NCBI GenBank assembly: GCA_018398765.1
Contig: JAHBMJ010000339.1
Location: 1-50,143, forward strand
Direction: 5' to 3'
DNA length: 50,143 bases
DNA from: Chromera velia
Lineage: Eukaryota
The stretch's first letter is position 1, and each line of letters opens with the position of its first letter. The translations under genes and the position numbers were made by a program. The notes beneath the pieces were generated by a model, which was not told the DNA's origin, did no database searches, and saw only the letters and a list, made by a program, of their open reading frames with translations. Shown one piece after another: positions 48,660-50,143 of this stretch.

Positions 48660-49291
48660 TGCAGGTAGCCAGGATTTTGCGGGACTTTAGCCCAGGATTT
48701 TAGCAGATTTTACGGGATTTTGGCCAGGATTTTAGCGGATTTTTGCGGATTTTGCCCAGGATTCTGCTGGACTCTTAACGTTAAAAATATAATCCCTACA
48801 CCTAGGATTTTAGAATGTAAAATCCTGGAAGAAAGCTGTATTATAAAATCTTAGCCCCTTCCTGGGATTTTACGGGATTATACGGGATTTTACGGGATTA
48901 TATACGGGATTTTACGGGATTATACGGGATTTTAAAGAAATGAATAAAATTAAATTCAAAGATGAATGATACACTTCAAGGCTAGACAGAAGGGATAACC
49001 GGCATCGATTGTGATCGACTTTTATTTCATCGTTTTTGTTTATGTTAAAATCCCGTAAAATCCCGTATATATAATCCCGTAAAATCCTGGCATTCATTTC
49101 TAAAATCCTAGGATCCAGGATTTTAGTCTTTATAATCCTTAGAGCCAGGATTTTAGATTCTAAAATCCTGAAGAAATAGTCCGGCAGAATCCTGGGCAAA
49201 ATCCGCCTAAATCCGCAAAAATCCTGGCCAAAATCCCGTAAAATCCGCTAAAATCCTGGGCTAAAATCCCGCCAAATCCTAGCTACCTGCA
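48660..49291. mobile_element. Foldback/MITE-like element with ~115 bp TIRs built from GGATTTT units
   Basis: 48660-48773 (TGCAGGTAGCCAGGATTTTGCGGG...CAGGATTCTGCTGGACT) is the near-perfect reverse complement of 49178-49291. Inner TACGGGATT arrays (48868-48933) mirror AATCCCGTA arrays (49047-49087). No coding capacity. Confidence 0.9.
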
Positions 49292-49946
49292 AGGCCGGGG
49301 TCGGCTTACACCGTCGGCTTGCATCGTCAGTAAGAGTTGAGTGATTGCAGTCTTTTGCATGCGATTGATAGTAATTGATTGATTATCACGTAAACAGTTT
49401 GCGGCACAGGTCTTTTAGCCTGTGCGGGCCGGTCAAGAAGGTCTGACGCGTGTATGCACTTTTCTTAGACGCCGCACGTCGAGCGCTCGGCATTGGGGCA
49501 GGAGGCTAATCCTGCAGACATTAATCCAATCCAATCCAATCCAATGATAATGATAAATCGTTGATAATTTTTTTTCCTTGCATGATCGATATATATATGT
49601 TATGTCACCACTGGCATCAACTTCCCTTTTTAAGATATTTATAGAGTATATACTGCCATATAGGAGTGTAATATTAGTTATCGAAGCTCCATGTAAAACT
49701 TTAAGTTATATATACAGAATAATGTCAGAATTACAGTTCAACAACTATTATGTTGAACTATATAATTGTGATTTAAACGGACTTAAACACAAATTGAATT
49801 CTGTGTTAACACCTTCAAGGTCAAGTTCATAATCATCAACAAGAAACTAGACAAGAAAATGGGAGAAACACCATTGAACAAAAACCAACGGGTGCGCGCT
49901 CATAGATCCTTCCAGAGACCGCCGTCCAACCGCACGCGCGCGCGTT

Positions 49947-49954
49947 TACACACG

Positions 49955-50000
<46 letters not shown>

Positions 50001-50013
50001 GCACACACACACA

Positions 50014-50050
<37 letters not shown>

Positions 50051-50095
50051 ACGCACACACACACACAAGCACACACACACATACACACACATACA

Positions 50096-50143
<48 letters not shown>
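49947..50143. repeat. (AC)n microsatellite running to the window end
   Basis: Read directly. Confidence 0.97.

Noticed and set aside
48660..49291. CRISPR-like or telomeric array
   Set aside because: Units are short and degenerate, lack unique spacers and are arranged as inverted arms; the context is eukaryotic and it is not a pure TTTAGGG-type tract
49947..50143. Telomere at the window end
   Set aside because: Ordinary imperfect (AC)n microsatellite like those in the introns

Overview
Intron-rich eukaryotic nuclear DNA. Microsatellite-filled introns, TGCAG acceptors, frequent TGCATGCA and the protein families suggest an alveolate, most likely a chromerid such as Chromera (inference). Most entries in the supplied ORF track are shadow or low-complexity ORFs. 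By manual splicing I recover five loci. (1) A Ulp1/C48 protease gene broken by a frameshift and an in-frame stop (704-2049 +). (2) An intronless short-chain dehydrogenase (5567-6547 -). (3) Divergent from it, an 8-9 exon, ~840 aa signal-peptide-bearing inositol polyphosphate 5-phosphatase-like protein with a ~215 aa segment inserted in its catalytic core (7116-~12088/12204 +). (4) A 4-exon, 539 aa DWDDT-type HAD hydrolase (22122-24492 -). (5) Divergent from it, a 34-exon, ~3250 aa PH / multi-C2 / TBC(RabGAP) / EF-like protein (25885-46582 +) whose TBC domain lacks the glutamine finger. AT-rich islands (~3.9-5.2 kb, 13.2-14.0 kb, 47.0-49.8 kb) hold non-autonomous DNA transposon-like sequence, including a 1.2 kb hAT-like TIR element and a 0.63 kb foldback element. 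About 8 kb (14.1-22.1 kb) has no recognisable coding sequence. Splice donors are unusual: GTNNG, more than half GTC, none GTAAGT. I recognised no tRNA, rRNA or CRISPR array.
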